From Candidatus Latescibacterota bacterium (GTDB lineage: Bacteria; Latescibacterota; UBA2968; UBA8231), in the NCBI GenBank assembly GCA_965223905.1, contig CBDCXV010000011.1:96001-160000 (forward strand): a stretch of 64,000 nucleotides of DNA, written 5' to 3'. The notes beneath the pieces were generated by a model. That model was not told the DNA's origin and did no database searches. It saw only the letters and a list, made by a program, of their open reading frames with translations. Both the position numbers and the translations under genes were made by a program. This document shows positions 1 through 10,217 of the stretch, piece by piece (positions within the stretch are counted from its first letter, which is position 1; every line of letters starts with the position of its first letter).

Positions 1-670
1 TCGCTCCAGCCGGTAGCAGTCGGAGCGGTTGAAGGAGGTAACGACTTCGACTGAAGCACTTCGATGAAACGGGTCGCCTTGGGCGACTCAGCGACCATGC
101 GGGCCGCAATGCGAGGGAACGCCGAGCAGGCCTCGAAACAACTAATGCGGAAGCCGACCCGCCCGTATAACGGGGAAGGCTGCCACCGTGTCGGGAAGTG
201 AGCGACGCACACACCGACCGGTTCCGCCGGGGTAGTGGCGGCGGCACGCAGGGAAGAGGAGGATGGAGGCAACACGGGAAGCCCCGGCGGTGGCGTGGCA
301 CGCGCCAACTGACAACCCGCGAGGGATGGGTCGGGCCGTCCGGGGTGGCGGAGAGGCCCGTAGTACCGAGGAGGCCGGGTAATGCCGGTGGAGGAAAGGG
401 GCCTCAGTTCGAGAGCAGCGTTGGAAGGAGGCCAGGACATGGGGACTGGCGAAAGCCTAATAGCTCCAAGTAGGGTACAGAGACTCCAGATGGCGCTACA
501 TGCAGGGAAGGCATGATCTCGTCCGAGAGCCCAGTGCGGGAAACTCGCACGCTGGGTTCGATGAGCGGGGTGTGGAAACGGGGCATGTCAGGCTATTGAG
601 GCACCGGCAGACGAAAGAGGCGGAAACAGATAGGCCGCTCCTAAACCACCGCGCCACATCTCGACTCTAC
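1..670 (+). mobile_element. Group II intron (IIB-like), 5'-truncated by the window edge, with the RT/maturase ORF internally deleted
   Basis: Domain V hairpin GAGCCCAGTGCGGGAAACTCGCACGCTGGGTTC (527-559) with AGC triad and GAAA tetraloop. Long domain VI ends CTCGACTCTAC at 670. Typical DII/DIII motifs (CGGAGAGGCCCGTAGTACC...GCCGGGTAATGCCGGTGGAGGAAAGGG) at about 349-400. No RT ORF between DIII and DV. Confidence 0.9.
439..516 (+). pseudogene. 25-codon remnant of the intron-encoded protein (MGTGESLIAPSRVQRLQMALHAGKA)
   Basis: AAGGAGG RBS at 425-431. The peptide resembles the N-terminus of group II intron RTs (SL.TP..VQ.LQ.ALHAKAK) and runs into a stop just before domain V. Confidence 0.7.
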
Positions 671-1091
671 CCTTTAAATCCTGCTGTCCGGCTGTCCAAA
701 AAATGGGGTCCACCTCTGGTCTTTGTTAGCTCGAATATGGTTTTCATTCCCCTCAGATACTCTCCTCGGGGTTCGGGCCAATAGTACCAGGGGAAAGTTC
801 AACCTTCCGCCAGGAGCAACCAATACGGGGGGAAGAAGTGGGCCAGCGAGGTTCTCCAGGGAGAGTCCGACGAGTACCTGCGAGCCTGGTTCAGTTGGCG
901 TAAGTACCGGTTTGACAAGAAGATGCAGAGAAGACTATTTTTGCCGACCCTATCGACGCTTCCCGCTCCGTTCCGTACTCTGCACTCTGTACCAAATCCC
1001 TGCGGCCCCTTGAGGATTGAAAAACGCCTAGACCTTGAAGCGGTTAAAAGACAGTCGTGCAAATGATCGTAATACAACCTGACAGCCTATC

Positions 1092-2906
1092 GTGACAGAT
1101 TCGAACAAGCAGATCTTTACGCGCAACTTCTGCATTATCGCCCATATCGATCATGGCAAATCTACCCTGGCCGATCGCCTTCTCGAGTATACCGGAACGC
1201 TTGCTCCCAAGCAGATGCAGGACCAGGTACTCGACAACATGGACCTGGAGCGCGAACGCGGAATCACCATTAAGGCGCACGCCGTCCACATGCAACACCG
1301 GACGCCGGGCGGCGAAGAGTATGCCTTCAACCTGATCGATACCCCCGGGCACGTAGACTTTGCGTACGAGGTTTCGCGCAGTCTGGCCGCCTGCGAGGGG
1401 GCTGTTCTCGTCGTCGATGCGACTCAGGGTGTGGAAGCACAGACCGTGAGCAACCTTCTGCTCGCAATGGGTCACGACCTGGCCGTAATCCCCTGTATCA
1501 ACAAGATAGACATGCCAAGCGCTCAGGTAGACAGCGTTCGCCAACAGATCGCCGACCTGATCGGGGCAGGAGCCGATGATGAGTTGATCTGTATCAGTGC
1601 AAAGGAGGGGATTGGGATCGAGGAGGTGGCCGCGGCAATCGTCGATCGAGTCCCGCCGCCTTCAGGTGTGGAAGAAGGTCCGCTGCGGGCGCTGATTTTC
1701 GACTCCCTCTACGACCAATATCGGGGCGTCATCTGTTTCATCCGCGTCGTGGATGGAGAGATTTGCATAGGCGGGAGGATACGCTTCCATACCACCGGAA
1801 GAGAGTACGAGGTCGAGGAGATCGGGCGACTGCGAATCGAGAGGATTCCATGCGATTCCCTGCAGGCGGGAGAAGTCGGGTACCTGATTGCCGGCGTTAA
1901 GAAACTTTCAGAGGCTCGGGTAGGTGACACTGTAATCGGCTCGGAAGCGTCGACGGTCGCACCTCTGCCGGGATACATGCCGCTCAAGCCAATGGTTTTC
2001 AGCGGCGTATACCCGGTCAACCCGGACGAACACGCCGAACTGCGGGATGCGCTGGATCGACTGGGGTTGAATGACGCCGCTTTCACCTATGAACCAGAGA
2101 CCTCGCCGGCGTTGGGGTTCGGTTTTCGTTGCGGATTCCTCGGACTTCTGCACATGGAAATCGTTCAGGAAAGGCTGGATCGGGAGTATCGCATCGACAT
2201 CATCACCACCTTGCCGAACGTCCGCTACGAAGTCTCCACCAGGAAGGGAGAGGTTGTGGAGGTCGACAACCCCTCACTGCTGCCGTCCCTGTCGGAGATT
2301 GACGAGATTCGCGAACCCATGCTGGACGCGCAGATACTCGTTCCCAGCCAGTTCATTGGCAGTGTCATGCAGATTTCGGAAGACCGCCGCGGTTCGTACG
2401 TCAACACCGAGTATCTGGATGGCAGCCGAGCGCTCCTCCATTACGAGCTGCCTCTCGCTGAAGTCGTCGTCGATTTCTACGACCGGCTGAAGTCGGTGTC
2501 GCGGGGGTACGCGTCGTTGGACTACGAGCACAAGGAGATGCGGGCAGGCCCCCTGCAGCGGGTCGACGTACTGATCAACGGAGACCTGATGGACGCACTG
2601 GCCGTGATCATTCACCGCGACAAGGCGCAGGATTGGGGGCGCCGGTTGTGCGCCAAGCTCAAAGAGCTGATTCCGCGGCAGATGTTCGAAGTGGCGATCC
2701 AGGCGGCGATCGGAAGCAAGGTGATCGCACGCGAGACGGTAAGGCCCTTCCGCAAGAACGTGATCGCCAAGTGCTACGGAGGCGATGTAACGCGTAAGCG
2801 CAAGCTGCTCGAGCGCCAGAAGGAGGGCAAGAAGCGAATGAAACAGTTCGGCAACGTCGAAATCCCTCAGGAGGCCTTCCTGGCCGCGCTAAGAATCGAG
2901 GACTGA
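1092..2906 (+). CDS. lepA: Translation elongation factor 4 (LepA)
   Basis: RNFCIIAHIDHGKSTLADR, LERERGITIK, DTPGHVDF, C-terminal KCYGGDVTRKRKLLE. Confidence 0.99.
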   Translation: MTDSNKQIFTRNFCIIAHIDHGKSTLADRLLEYTGTLAPKQMQDQVLDNMDLERERGITIKAHAVHMQHRTPGGEEYAFNLIDTPGHVDFAYEVSRSLAACEGAVLVVDATQGVEAQTVSNLLLAMGHDLAVIPCINKIDMPSAQVDSVRQQIADLIGAGADDELICISAKEGIGIEEVAAAIVDRVPPPSGVEEGPLRALIFDSLYDQYRGVICFIRVVDGEICIGGRIRFHTTGREYEVEEIGRLRIERIPCDSLQAGEVGYLIAGVKKLSEARVGDTVIGSEASTVAPLPGYMPLKPMVFSGVYPVNPDEHAELRDALDRLGLNDAAFTYEPETSPALGFGFRCGFLGLLHMEIVQERLDREYRIDIITTLPNVRYEVSTRKGEVVEVDNPSLLPSLSEIDEIREPMLDAQILVPSQFIGSVMQISEDRRGSYVNTEYLDGSRALLHYELPLAEVVVDFYDRLKSVSRGYASLDYEHKEMRAGPLQRVDVLINGDLMDALAVIIHRDKAQDWGRRLCAKLKELIPRQMFEVAIQAAIGSKVIARETVRPFRKNVIAKCYGGDVTRKRKLLERQKEGKKRMKQFGNVEIPQEAFLAALRIED

Positions 2907-3652
2907 TGGCGGCGCGGGCAAGACCTGCCGCTAGCGGGCGCGGTACCACCACGAAAAAAAGAGCGAGCCCGGGAAGGCTGGTGCGTAGGCAGACAAAGGG
3001 GAAGGCAGGGAGAAAAGCTCTTGTAATCATCGCGGTAGGCGCAATGGGGTCGATGGCGGCTCTGTTTCTCGACAGTTACCGGATTCCTTCCCGATCCATG
3101 GAGGACACCGTTCTCTATGGCGACTACCTCCTGATCGAAAAAATCTCCTATGGAGCCGAGATTCCGTTCACAAACCTCCGCTTTCCCTTCGTGCGGGCCC
3201 CGCGCCCCGGAGACGTGGTGATTTTTCGGGCGCCGGACAGCCAGCGGCTGTACGCCAAGAGGTGCGTCGCCGTAGGCGGGCAGAGAGTGGAGGTAAAGAG
3301 GAAGGTGCTGTATGTAGACGGTGTCCGGCCTCGGGATCCACCGTTCTCCAAGTACCAAGATCCCCGTGTATACGAACCCTCGCAAACTCCCAGAGACAAC
3401 ATGGGCCCGATCGACGTTCCCGACGGCCATCTGTTTCTCGTGGGCGACAACCGCGATAACAGCCGCGACAGTCGTCACTGGGGATCCCTGCCTAACGAAC
3501 TCGCCGTCGGGCGCGCGCTCCTTGTGTATTGGTCGTCCGAACCCGAGGTCCCGAACTTTGGGGACGAGAACGCCCGCGTTTTCCTTTTCGAGTCGGTTCG
3601 CTCTCTGCCTTCGCGAATCCGATGGTCGCGGCTGGGAAGGGCGGTTATTTAG
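2906..3652 (+). CDS. lepB: Signal peptidase I
   Basis: IPSRSM (catalytic Ser), YAKRCVA (catalytic Lys), GDNRDNSRDSRHWG; directly follows lepA. Confidence 0.95.
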   Translation: MAARARPAASGRGTTTKKRASPGRLVRRQTKGKAGRKALVIIAVGAMGSMAALFLDSYRIPSRSMEDTVLYGDYLLIEKISYGAEIPFTNLRFPFVRAPRPGDVVIFRAPDSQRLYAKRCVAVGGQRVEVKRKVLYVDGVRPRDPPFSKYQDPRVYEPSQTPRDNMGPIDVPDGHLFLVGDNRDNSRDSRHWGSLPNELAVGRALLVYWSSEPEVPNFGDENARVFLFESVRSLPSRIRWSRLGRAVI

Positions 3653-3658
3653 GGGAAG

Positions 3659-4831
3659 ATGCCCGCCTCCCTCCACAGGAAACCGAACCGGGTGGGGCTG
3701 TACGTACATATTCCATTCTGCCCGCAGCACTGTCCCTATTGCGGCTTTTCGGTGGTCGTGGGAAAGCGATCCCTCCACGGGCGCTACGTCGATGCAGTCT
3801 GCAGGGAACTTGCCCGCCGAGGGGGGGAGACCGGAGCCCCATTTGCGACCGTGTTTTTCGGCGGTGGAACGCCAAGTCGACTCGACCCCCGGCACCTTTC
3901 CCGGATCCTCGAAACCGCTGACAGCGCCTGTGGGATCGAAGCGGATTGCGAGATCAGCATTGAGGCAAATCCGGGAAGTGAGGATCGGGACCATTTCGGT
4001 GACTTCCGGAAGATCGGGATCAACCGCATAAGCATCGGCGCCCAGTCGTTCTGCGATTCGAGCCTGAGAAAGCTCGGTCGTCTTCATTCCGCCGCTGACG
4101 CGGAGGCTGCGTTCGGATGCGCTCGATCCGCGAGGTTCGCCAGCGTCAATATAGATCTGATCTTTGCGGTTCCCGGGGTCCCTCGCAGCGATTGGCTGCG
4201 GACCCTGGATACCGCCTTGCGGCTCTCCCCCGACCACGTATCGACCTATTCGCTGACTATAGAGGAAGGGACGGCGCTGGAGAGGCAGGTTGCTTCAGGT
4301 CGCGTACTACCGCAATCACAGGAGGAGGAGGCCGAGCAGTTTTCCCTGGGGATCGAAAGGCTGTCGCAAGCGGGGTACGAGCAGTACGAGGTCTCGAACT
4401 TCGCGAAGCCCGGCCATCGTTGCCGTCACAATTCTGCATACTGGTCCCGTGGGGAGTACCTCGGCGTCGGCATGTCGGCGCACAGCCACCTCGGGGGAGT
4501 TCGCAGTTGGAACCACGCGAATCTGCACGACTACATAAGGGCAGTGAAGGAAGGGGAGACCCCTGTAGCTGGACAGGAGGTAATCGACCTGTCCACCGAA
4601 AACAGAGAACGCCTGTTTCTGGGACTGCGCACCAGGGACGGAGTGGCCTTGTATGAATATGAGCAGTTGCGGCTCGGGCGGGAGTTGAAGCGGATTCCAC
4701 TGGTGACGGAGGGCTATCTCGAGATGGGTGACAGCCACTTGCGGCTCACCGCAAAAGGGATTCCGGTGGCAGACGCGATCAGCGTCGAGATTGCGGAGCT
4801 GTTCGAGCGCTGCGTAGGGGAATCGGCGTGA
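3659..4831 (+). CDS. hemW: Radical SAM heme chaperone HemW (HemN-like)
   Basis: GLYVHIPFCPQHCPYC, FFGGGTPS, YEVSNFA, HNSAYW. Confidence 0.93.
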   Translation: MPASLHRKPNRVGLYVHIPFCPQHCPYCGFSVVVGKRSLHGRYVDAVCRELARRGGETGAPFATVFFGGGTPSRLDPRHLSRILETADSACGIEADCEISIEANPGSEDRDHFGDFRKIGINRISIGAQSFCDSSLRKLGRLHSAADAEAAFGCARSARFASVNIDLIFAVPGVPRSDWLRTLDTALRLSPDHVSTYSLTIEEGTALERQVASGRVLPQSQEEEAEQFSLGIERLSQAGYEQYEVSNFAKPGHRCRHNSAYWSRGEYLGVGMSAHSHLGGVRSWNHANLHDYIRAVKEGETPVAGQEVIDLSTENRERLFLGLRTRDGVALYEYEQLRLGRELKRIPLVTEGYLEMGDSHLRLTAKGIPVADAISVEIAELFERCVGESA

Positions 4832-5736
4832 GCGTTCGCGTGAAAGTGCCCGCCTCCACCGCAAACCTGGGACCGGGCTTCGACTGCATCGGACTGGCGC
4901 TCGCCCTCCACCATACTCTTGTCGTCAGTGAGCTGCCTGGAGCCGGTGTCGATGTCTCCCTGATCGGGGAAGGCTCCGAGTCGCTTCCGAGTGACGAGAC
5001 CAATCCGATCTTGATAGCCATGTCCGCGGTCTTTGAAGAAACCGGGTACAAACCTGAGCATCTACGAGTCGAGTCTGACAATCGCATACCTATGGCGCGG
5101 GGTCTTGGCAGCAGCGCCGCAGCGACGCTGGCGGCCTTGGCCGCAGCTTCCGCCTTGGCTGTAGGCGAGGTCGACCGGGAACAACTGCTGGCGCAGGCAT
5201 CGGCCCGGGAGGGGCACGCCGACAACGTCTGTGCCAGCCTTTTCGGAGGTTTCTGCGTGACCGCTCACGCAGCAGGTGCAGGCGATTTCGTGCGACTTTC
5301 CGGGCCTCCGGGATTGGAGGCGGCGGTAGCCATTCCGGACTTCGAACTGGAGACGATCCCGTCGCGGGCAGCTTTGCCCGCCACAGTTGCCTTCGACGAC
5401 GCGGTTGCCAACCAGGCCCGGGCCGCCCTTCTCACCGCCGCGGTCGCCTCCGGTGAAGTCGAACTGCTGGCCTGTGCGATGCGGGACCTGCTGCACCAAC
5501 CGTACAGGGTCGGGCTTGTCCCCGGAATGCAGGCGGTGTGCGACGCCGCTGTGGAAGCAGGGGCCATCGGAGCGGCGCTGAGCGGTTCCGGCCCATCTGT
5601 GCTCGCCCTCGTTAGGGCCGGGGACGAGGTTCCCGGAAAGGCGATGCAGGAAGCCTGGAGAAACCATGGCATCGAAACCCGAGTTCTGCAGCTCCCTTTC
5701 GACGACGCTGGCATGGTAGTGGAAATCCATGGGTGA
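4828..5736 (+). CDS. thrB: Homoserine kinase
   Basis: VPASTANLGPGFDC, IPMARGLGSSAA, LHQPYR, LSGSGPS. Confidence 0.97.
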   Translation: MSVRVKVPASTANLGPGFDCIGLALALHHTLVVSELPGAGVDVSLIGEGSESLPSDETNPILIAMSAVFEETGYKPEHLRVESDNRIPMARGLGSSAAATLAALAAASALAVGEVDREQLLAQASAREGHADNVCASLFGGFCVTAHAAGAGDFVRLSGPPGLEAAVAIPDFELETIPSRAALPATVAFDDAVANQARAALLTAAVASGEVELLACAMRDLLHQPYRVGLVPGMQAVCDAAVEAGAIGAALSGSGPSVLALVRAGDEVPGKAMQEAWRNHGIETRVLQLPFDDAGMVVEIHG

Positions 5737-6949
5737 ATCCGAACACGGTCTCCGCGACGAGCAGAACCTTCTCGACTACCTCTTCGTACTGGTCAGGTGG
5801 CGCCGCTTCATTGTGGTATCGACACTGACTGTTACGATCGCCGCGGTTGCCACGAGTCTGGTGCTGCCCCAGACCTGGACTGCGCAGACGAAGCTGCTCC
5901 CTCCCGAAGAAGAAGGAGGCGCCCGGATGGGGCTGTCTCTCTTGGTTGGGAACGCGATGCCGGCAGGTCTTCGCGGTCTGGTGGGCGGCGCCACTCCATC
6001 GGAGCGACTGATAACCCTGCTCGAAAGCAATAGAGTCGCCGGCGGTATCGTCGACGAGTTCGAGCTGGTCTCCCTTTACGGAGTGCCCCACCGCGACAGG
6101 GCGATCGAAATCCTGCGCGAGCAGATCGAATACGTAATAGAAGACGACGGCTCGCTGACGATTCGTGTCAGCGCGGATGATCCCCAGCTTGCCGCGGATC
6201 TGACCAATGGGGTGGCCAGGCAGCTCGACAGCGTCAATCGCCAGTACAAACGCCAGCAGGCACGCGACCTGAAGGAGTTCCTGGAAAAGCGAATCGAGCT
6301 GACCGAAGAGGAGCTCAGGCTGAGCGCGAAGTCGTTGCAGTCGTTTCAGGAGCTACACGGGTTGGTCGATCTCGAGGCCCAGACCAGCGCCGCCGTCGAT
6401 GTCCTGAAGGGAATCGTCAAGGAGTTGGCCGAACTCGATTTCGAGCTAAGCCTGTTGGAGCTCCAGCTGAATCCCCAGCACGAAGACCGAAAGCTGCACG
6501 AGTTGAAGGTGACCGTCCTGCGGGAGCAGGTGCAACAGCTCCAGGGGAATTTGGCAGTGGCGGGGAGCGACCCTGGACAACCGGGATACGCGGAGCCGCT
6601 CGAGTTTCTCGGTCCACCTCTTCGGGAACTTCCCAAGTTGATGCTCGAGCACTCCGAACTCACCCTCGCAGTCGAGTTACGCGCGGAGATCATCCGTTTC
6701 CTCGGGACCAAGTTCGAAGAGGCGAAATACCGCGAGGCCCTCAACACTCCCACCCTGCAGATCCTCGACCCGGCGACCCCTCCCCGTACCCGCAGCGGCC
6801 CACGCAGAACCCTGATGGCAGTCGGAGCCTTCGCGGTGAGCGTGCTCCTCAGCGGGGTTCTGGCGTTTCTCTTCGAGTCCTTTTACCGGTTGGACGGGGA
6901 AAACCAGGACAAGCTCGCTTCCATCCGCAGGGAGCTCAAAGGTCGATAG
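5729..6949 (+). CDS. Wzz/GumC-like polysaccharide co-polymerase (chain-length determinant), no kinase domain
   Basis: NLLDYLFVLVRWRRFI N-terminus, two TM helices flanking a coiled-coil periplasmic region, QILDPATPP..SGPRR before the C-terminal TM. Confidence 0.85.
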   Translation: MGESEHGLRDEQNLLDYLFVLVRWRRFIVVSTLTVTIAAVATSLVLPQTWTAQTKLLPPEEEGGARMGLSLLVGNAMPAGLRGLVGGATPSERLITLLESNRVAGGIVDEFELVSLYGVPHRDRAIEILREQIEYVIEDDGSLTIRVSADDPQLAADLTNGVARQLDSVNRQYKRQQARDLKEFLEKRIELTEEELRLSAKSLQSFQELHGLVDLEAQTSAAVDVLKGIVKELAELDFELSLLELQLNPQHEDRKLHELKVTVLREQVQQLQGNLAVAGSDPGQPGYAEPLEFLGPPLRELPKLMLEHSELTLAVELRAEIIRFLGTKFEEAKYREALNTPTLQILDPATPPRTRSGPRRTLMAVGAFAVSVLLSGVLAFLFESFYRLDGENQDKLASIRRELKGR

Positions 6950-7183
6950 TTCCACCTCGTCGCCGGTCGAGGTCTTCAATCGGCCGAATCTGCGTACTTC
7001 CGGAGTAGGAACCCTATCCTGATGGATATGGTAATGAGGTCAGGTCGCTGCCCTGGCTGCTTTCACACAAGAAGTTCCCAGGCAAAAGAAACCTCGAGAT
7101 TGCAATGAGGTGGGGAAAGGACGACGCGCCGCCTTTGGGACGGCAAAACGGACTAGTGGCGAGCAGGGCACCCGGGCGGTGAA

Positions 7184-7269
7184 TGGTGGGGGGAGCAGGA
7201 TTCGAACCTGCGAAGGCGTACGCCAGTAGATTTACAGTCTACCCCCGTTGACCACTTGGGTATCCCCCC
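7184..7269 (-). tRNA. tRNA-Tyr (GTA)
   Basis: GGGGGGATACCCAAGTGGTCAACGGGGGTAGACTGTAAATCTACTGGCGTACGCCTTCGCAGGTTCGAATCCTGCTCCCCCCACCA: cloverleaf, variable arm, encoded CCA. Confidence 0.97.
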
Positions 7270-7468
7270 TTCCGAGGCGGCAGAAGAAGGTAGCTCACCG
7301 CCCCGAAGTGTCAACAGATCCACTCCTTGGCACCGGTCTACTCACCGTCCCGATACCCCGGTATCCGTTGCGCGGGCAACGGGGTAATTTGCCGGGTTGC
7401 GGCGGTTTCTCCAGTTTTGATTTGCAGCGATTCACAACCCCAGTTTTTCCGAGGAGCATCGATCTGAT

Positions 7469-8455
7469 ATGGCGCAAACGGTTCGAGTCGCCGTCACCGG
7501 CGCAGCGGGACAAATTGGTTACGCCTTGCTACCCCGACTGGCCTCGGGCGAGATCTTCGGGCCGGATACCAAGGTCATCCTTCATCTGCTGGAAATTACA
7601 CCGGCCTTGCCCGCCCTCGAAGGTGTGGTGATGGAACTCGACGACTGCGCCTTTTCCCTTCTTGCCGACGTCGTCACTACCGACAGGGCCGAGATCGCAT
7701 TTGAAGGGGTCAACTGGGCCTTGCTTGTCGGGGCAAAACCTCGCGGCAAGGGGATGGAGCGGGGGGATCTCCTGCGGGAGAACGGTCCGATCTTCGTGGG
7801 CCAGGGACAGGCCTTGGCGAGGGCGACAGGGGATGTCCGAATTCTTGTGGTCGGCAATCCCGCCAACACCAACTGCCTGATTGCAATGAGCCACGGAGTC
7901 AAGGCCGGTATTCCCGCTGAGCGCTTTCACGCCATGACGCGGCTGGACCAGAACCGGGCCATGACCCAGCTCTCCAAGAAGGCGGGCGTCCCGGTGACTT
8001 CGGTATCCAACGTGACGATCTGGGGCAACCACAGTGCCACTCAGTATCCCGACGCGGAAAATGCCCGCATAGACGGCAAGCCTGCAACGGACGTCATCGA
8101 CAACGAGGACTGGATACAGGGGAAATTCATCGAGGTCGTCCAGCAGCGGGGTGCTGCCGTAATCAGCGCCCGCGGGCTGTCGTCCGCGGCATCGGCAGCC
8201 AACGCCGCCCTCGATCACGTGATCAGCCTGCAGTCTTCGACGCCGGAGGGGGACTGGTTTTCCGCGGCAGTGCCCTCGGACGGCAGTTACGGGATCGCCC
8301 CGGGAATCATCTTTTCCTACCCGGTCACGAGCAACGGCAACGGCAACTGCAGAGTCGTTCAGGACCTTCCACTGAGCGACTTCGCGCAGCAAAAGATCGA
8401 TGCCACGACCACCGAGCTGCGCGAGGAAAAATCGGTGGTCGAAGACCTGCTGTAG
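7469..8455 (+). CDS. mdh: Malate dehydrogenase (MDH type 2)
   Basis: [44 protein letters not shown]. Confidence 0.97.
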   Translation: MAQTVRVAVTGAAGQIGYALLPRLASGEIFGPDTKVILHLLEITPALPALEGVVMELDDCAFSLLADVVTTDRAEIAFEGVNWALLVGAKPRGKGMERGDLLRENGPIFVGQGQALARATGDVRILVVGNPANTNCLIAMSHGVKAGIPAERFHAMTRLDQNRAMTQLSKKAGVPVTSVSNVTIWGNHSATQYPDAENARIDGKPATDVIDNEDWIQGKFIEVVQQRGAAVISARGLSSAASAANAALDHVISLQSSTPEGDWFSAAVPSDGSYGIAPGIIFSYPVTSNGNGNCRVVQDLPLSDFAQQKIDATTTELREEKSVVEDLL

Positions 8456-9230
8456 GATCGGCCAGCTCATCGAAGAATACACCGGCCCACAGGCGCAGTA
8501 CTACGACCAGTACTTCACCGGGGTCGACGGCGACCTCGACTTTTATCTTCTCGCCGCCGAGCAGGCTGGTTCGCCCATCCTCGAGTTGGGGTGTGGCAGC
8601 GGGCGTATCCTGATACCGATAGCAGAAACCGGCAAGGCCGTAGTCGGCATAGAGCGCTCGGCTCAGATGCTCCGCCTGTTGCGGCCAAAGCTCGCTGGGC
8701 TCGAGTCCTCCCGCCGGGGAATCGCACATGCCATCCGCGGCGATATGCGCAACTTCCACCTTCGGGAGCGGTTCGCCCTGGTTCTCGCTCCGTACCGCGC
8801 TTTCCAACATCTCCTGACCGACGCAGATCAGCGCCGCTGTCTGCATCGAATCCGCGAGCATCTGAGCCCCGGTGGGGCGCTGGTATTCGACACCTTCGAT
8901 GCGTCATTGCTCGCCGAGCAACCTGAGCCGTCGCTCGACACCAGGTTTGAAGTTGCCCGCGGCCTCACCGTCGAAGTCCGCTACACACGCCATGTAGATG
9001 CAGATACCCGACTTCTGCGGCAACAGTTGATATTCGACGAGCGCGACGAAAACGGCCGGTTGCTGCGAAGCCGGACGACCGGGCTGTCGTTGCGCTGCTG
9101 TTCCAGAGCTCACACGGAAACAGTGTTGCGCACCAGCGGTTTCGAGGTGGCGGCGTTATACGGTGGCTTCCGCGGGGAGCCGGTCGTCCAGGGGGGAAAT
9201 CTGGTCTGGGTAGCTGTCAGGAAAGGATGA
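8400..9230 (+). CDS. Class I SAM-dependent methyltransferase (start uncertain)
   Basis: [10 protein letters not shown] motif [18 protein letters not shown]; the only upstream ATG overlaps mdh by 56 nt. Confidence 0.85.
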   Translation: MPRPPSCARKNRWSKTCCRIGQLIEEYTGPQAQYYDQYFTGVDGDLDFYLLAAEQAGSPILELGCGSGRILIPIAETGKAVVGIERSAQMLRLLRPKLAGLESSRRGIAHAIRGDMRNFHLRERFALVLAPYRAFQHLLTDADQRRCLHRIREHLSPGGALVFDTFDASLLAEQPEPSLDTRFEVARGLTVEVRYTRHVDADTRLLRQQLIFDERDENGRLLRSRTTGLSLRCCSRAHTETVLRTSGFEVAALYGGFRGEPVVQGGNLVWVAVRKG

Positions 9231-10174
9231 AAATCTCAGCGGAAACAAAGGAGGAATTCATCGAAAATAGACCGGAGTCTGACAACTGGTCGGGGATTTT
9301 CACCATAATCATTACCCCATTTACGGATTCCCTGGAACTCGACGAAGAGGGACTGCGAAGGCAGGTAGAGCTCTGTGTCGAAGGAGGGGTTCGCGGCATC
9401 GTCGGGCCTGCGAATGCGAGCGAATTCACGACCCTGTCCGACGACGAGCGCAGGCACTGGCTGGAAATCGCCGCAAATGCCGCGCAGGAGCGGGTGCCGG
9501 TGATCGCCTCGATCACCTCCGGCCACGAACTTCCCGCTGCCGAGCTCGGCAGGTTCGCCGAAGGTCTGGGAGCGGCAGGAGTGATGTCGATGCCGCCCCT
9601 CGTGTTGCACCGCGAACCGGACGGATGTTTCCGGTATTACGAATATCTCTCCAGGCATCTGCGCGTACCGGTCATCGTACAGAATTTCAGCGCCCCGCTC
9701 GGGACCCCGATGAGCCCAGAACTGCTGGCGCGGATCTGCCGGGAGTTGGAGGGGGTCGACTATATCAAGGAAGAGGTGGCACCCGAACCCCAGCGGATCT
9801 CGGCGACGCTGTCAGCGACCGGCGCTGATTGCAGGGGCATTTTCGGCGGTCAGGGAGGCATCTTCCTCATAGATGAATACCTGCGCGGAGCGACCGGAAA
9901 CATGCCTGGATCTCACAATGCCGACTTGCTCGCTTCAATCTGGAACAAGCTGGAACGTGGTGCCGAGGAGGAGGCCCGTGCTCTTTTCGAACGGATTCTT
10001 CCCTTGATGAGCTACGAGAGATTGTACGGACTGGCCGTCTACAAGGAGGTTCTCGTGAGAAGGGGCCTCATTGCAACGGCAAAGAGAAGAGTGCCCGGCC
10101 CGGACCTGGATACGTTCGACCGCCGCGAGCTCGATCGCATTCTCGGAGATCTCGACTCGTTTCTGAATCTCTGA
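9227..10174 (+). CDS. Dihydrodipicolinate synthase/aldolase family protein
   Basis: ITPF..., ANASEFTTLSDDER, YIKEE Schiff-base Lys. Confidence 0.85.
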   Translation: MKISAETKEEFIENRPESDNWSGIFTIIITPFTDSLELDEEGLRRQVELCVEGGVRGIVGPANASEFTTLSDDERRHWLEIAANAAQERVPVIASITSGHELPAAELGRFAEGLGAAGVMSMPPLVLHREPDGCFRYYEYLSRHLRVPVIVQNFSAPLGTPMSPELLARICRELEGVDYIKEEVAPEPQRISATLSATGADCRGIFGGQGGIFLIDEYLRGATGNMPGSHNADLLASIWNKLERGAEEEARALFERILPLMSYERLYGLAVYKEVLVRRGLIATAKRRVPGPDLDTFDRRELDRILGDLDSFLNL

Positions 10175-10217
10175 CCGCGCCTCACGATCAACCGGGGCGA
10201 AGCTTGGCGCACTCCTC

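Noticed and set aside
198-1077. Short ORFs over the intron and the lepA upstream region
   Set aside because: They overlap structured intron RNA or a promoter region and have no protein motifs or RT (YADD) sequence.
2867-4237. 456-aa antisense ORF and similar long shadow ORFs (e.g. 22460-23614, 31268-32356, 36889-38076, 60458-61963, 62507-63847)
   Set aside because: They lie antisense or out of frame to well-supported genes, are expected from GC-rich codon bias, and have no motifs.
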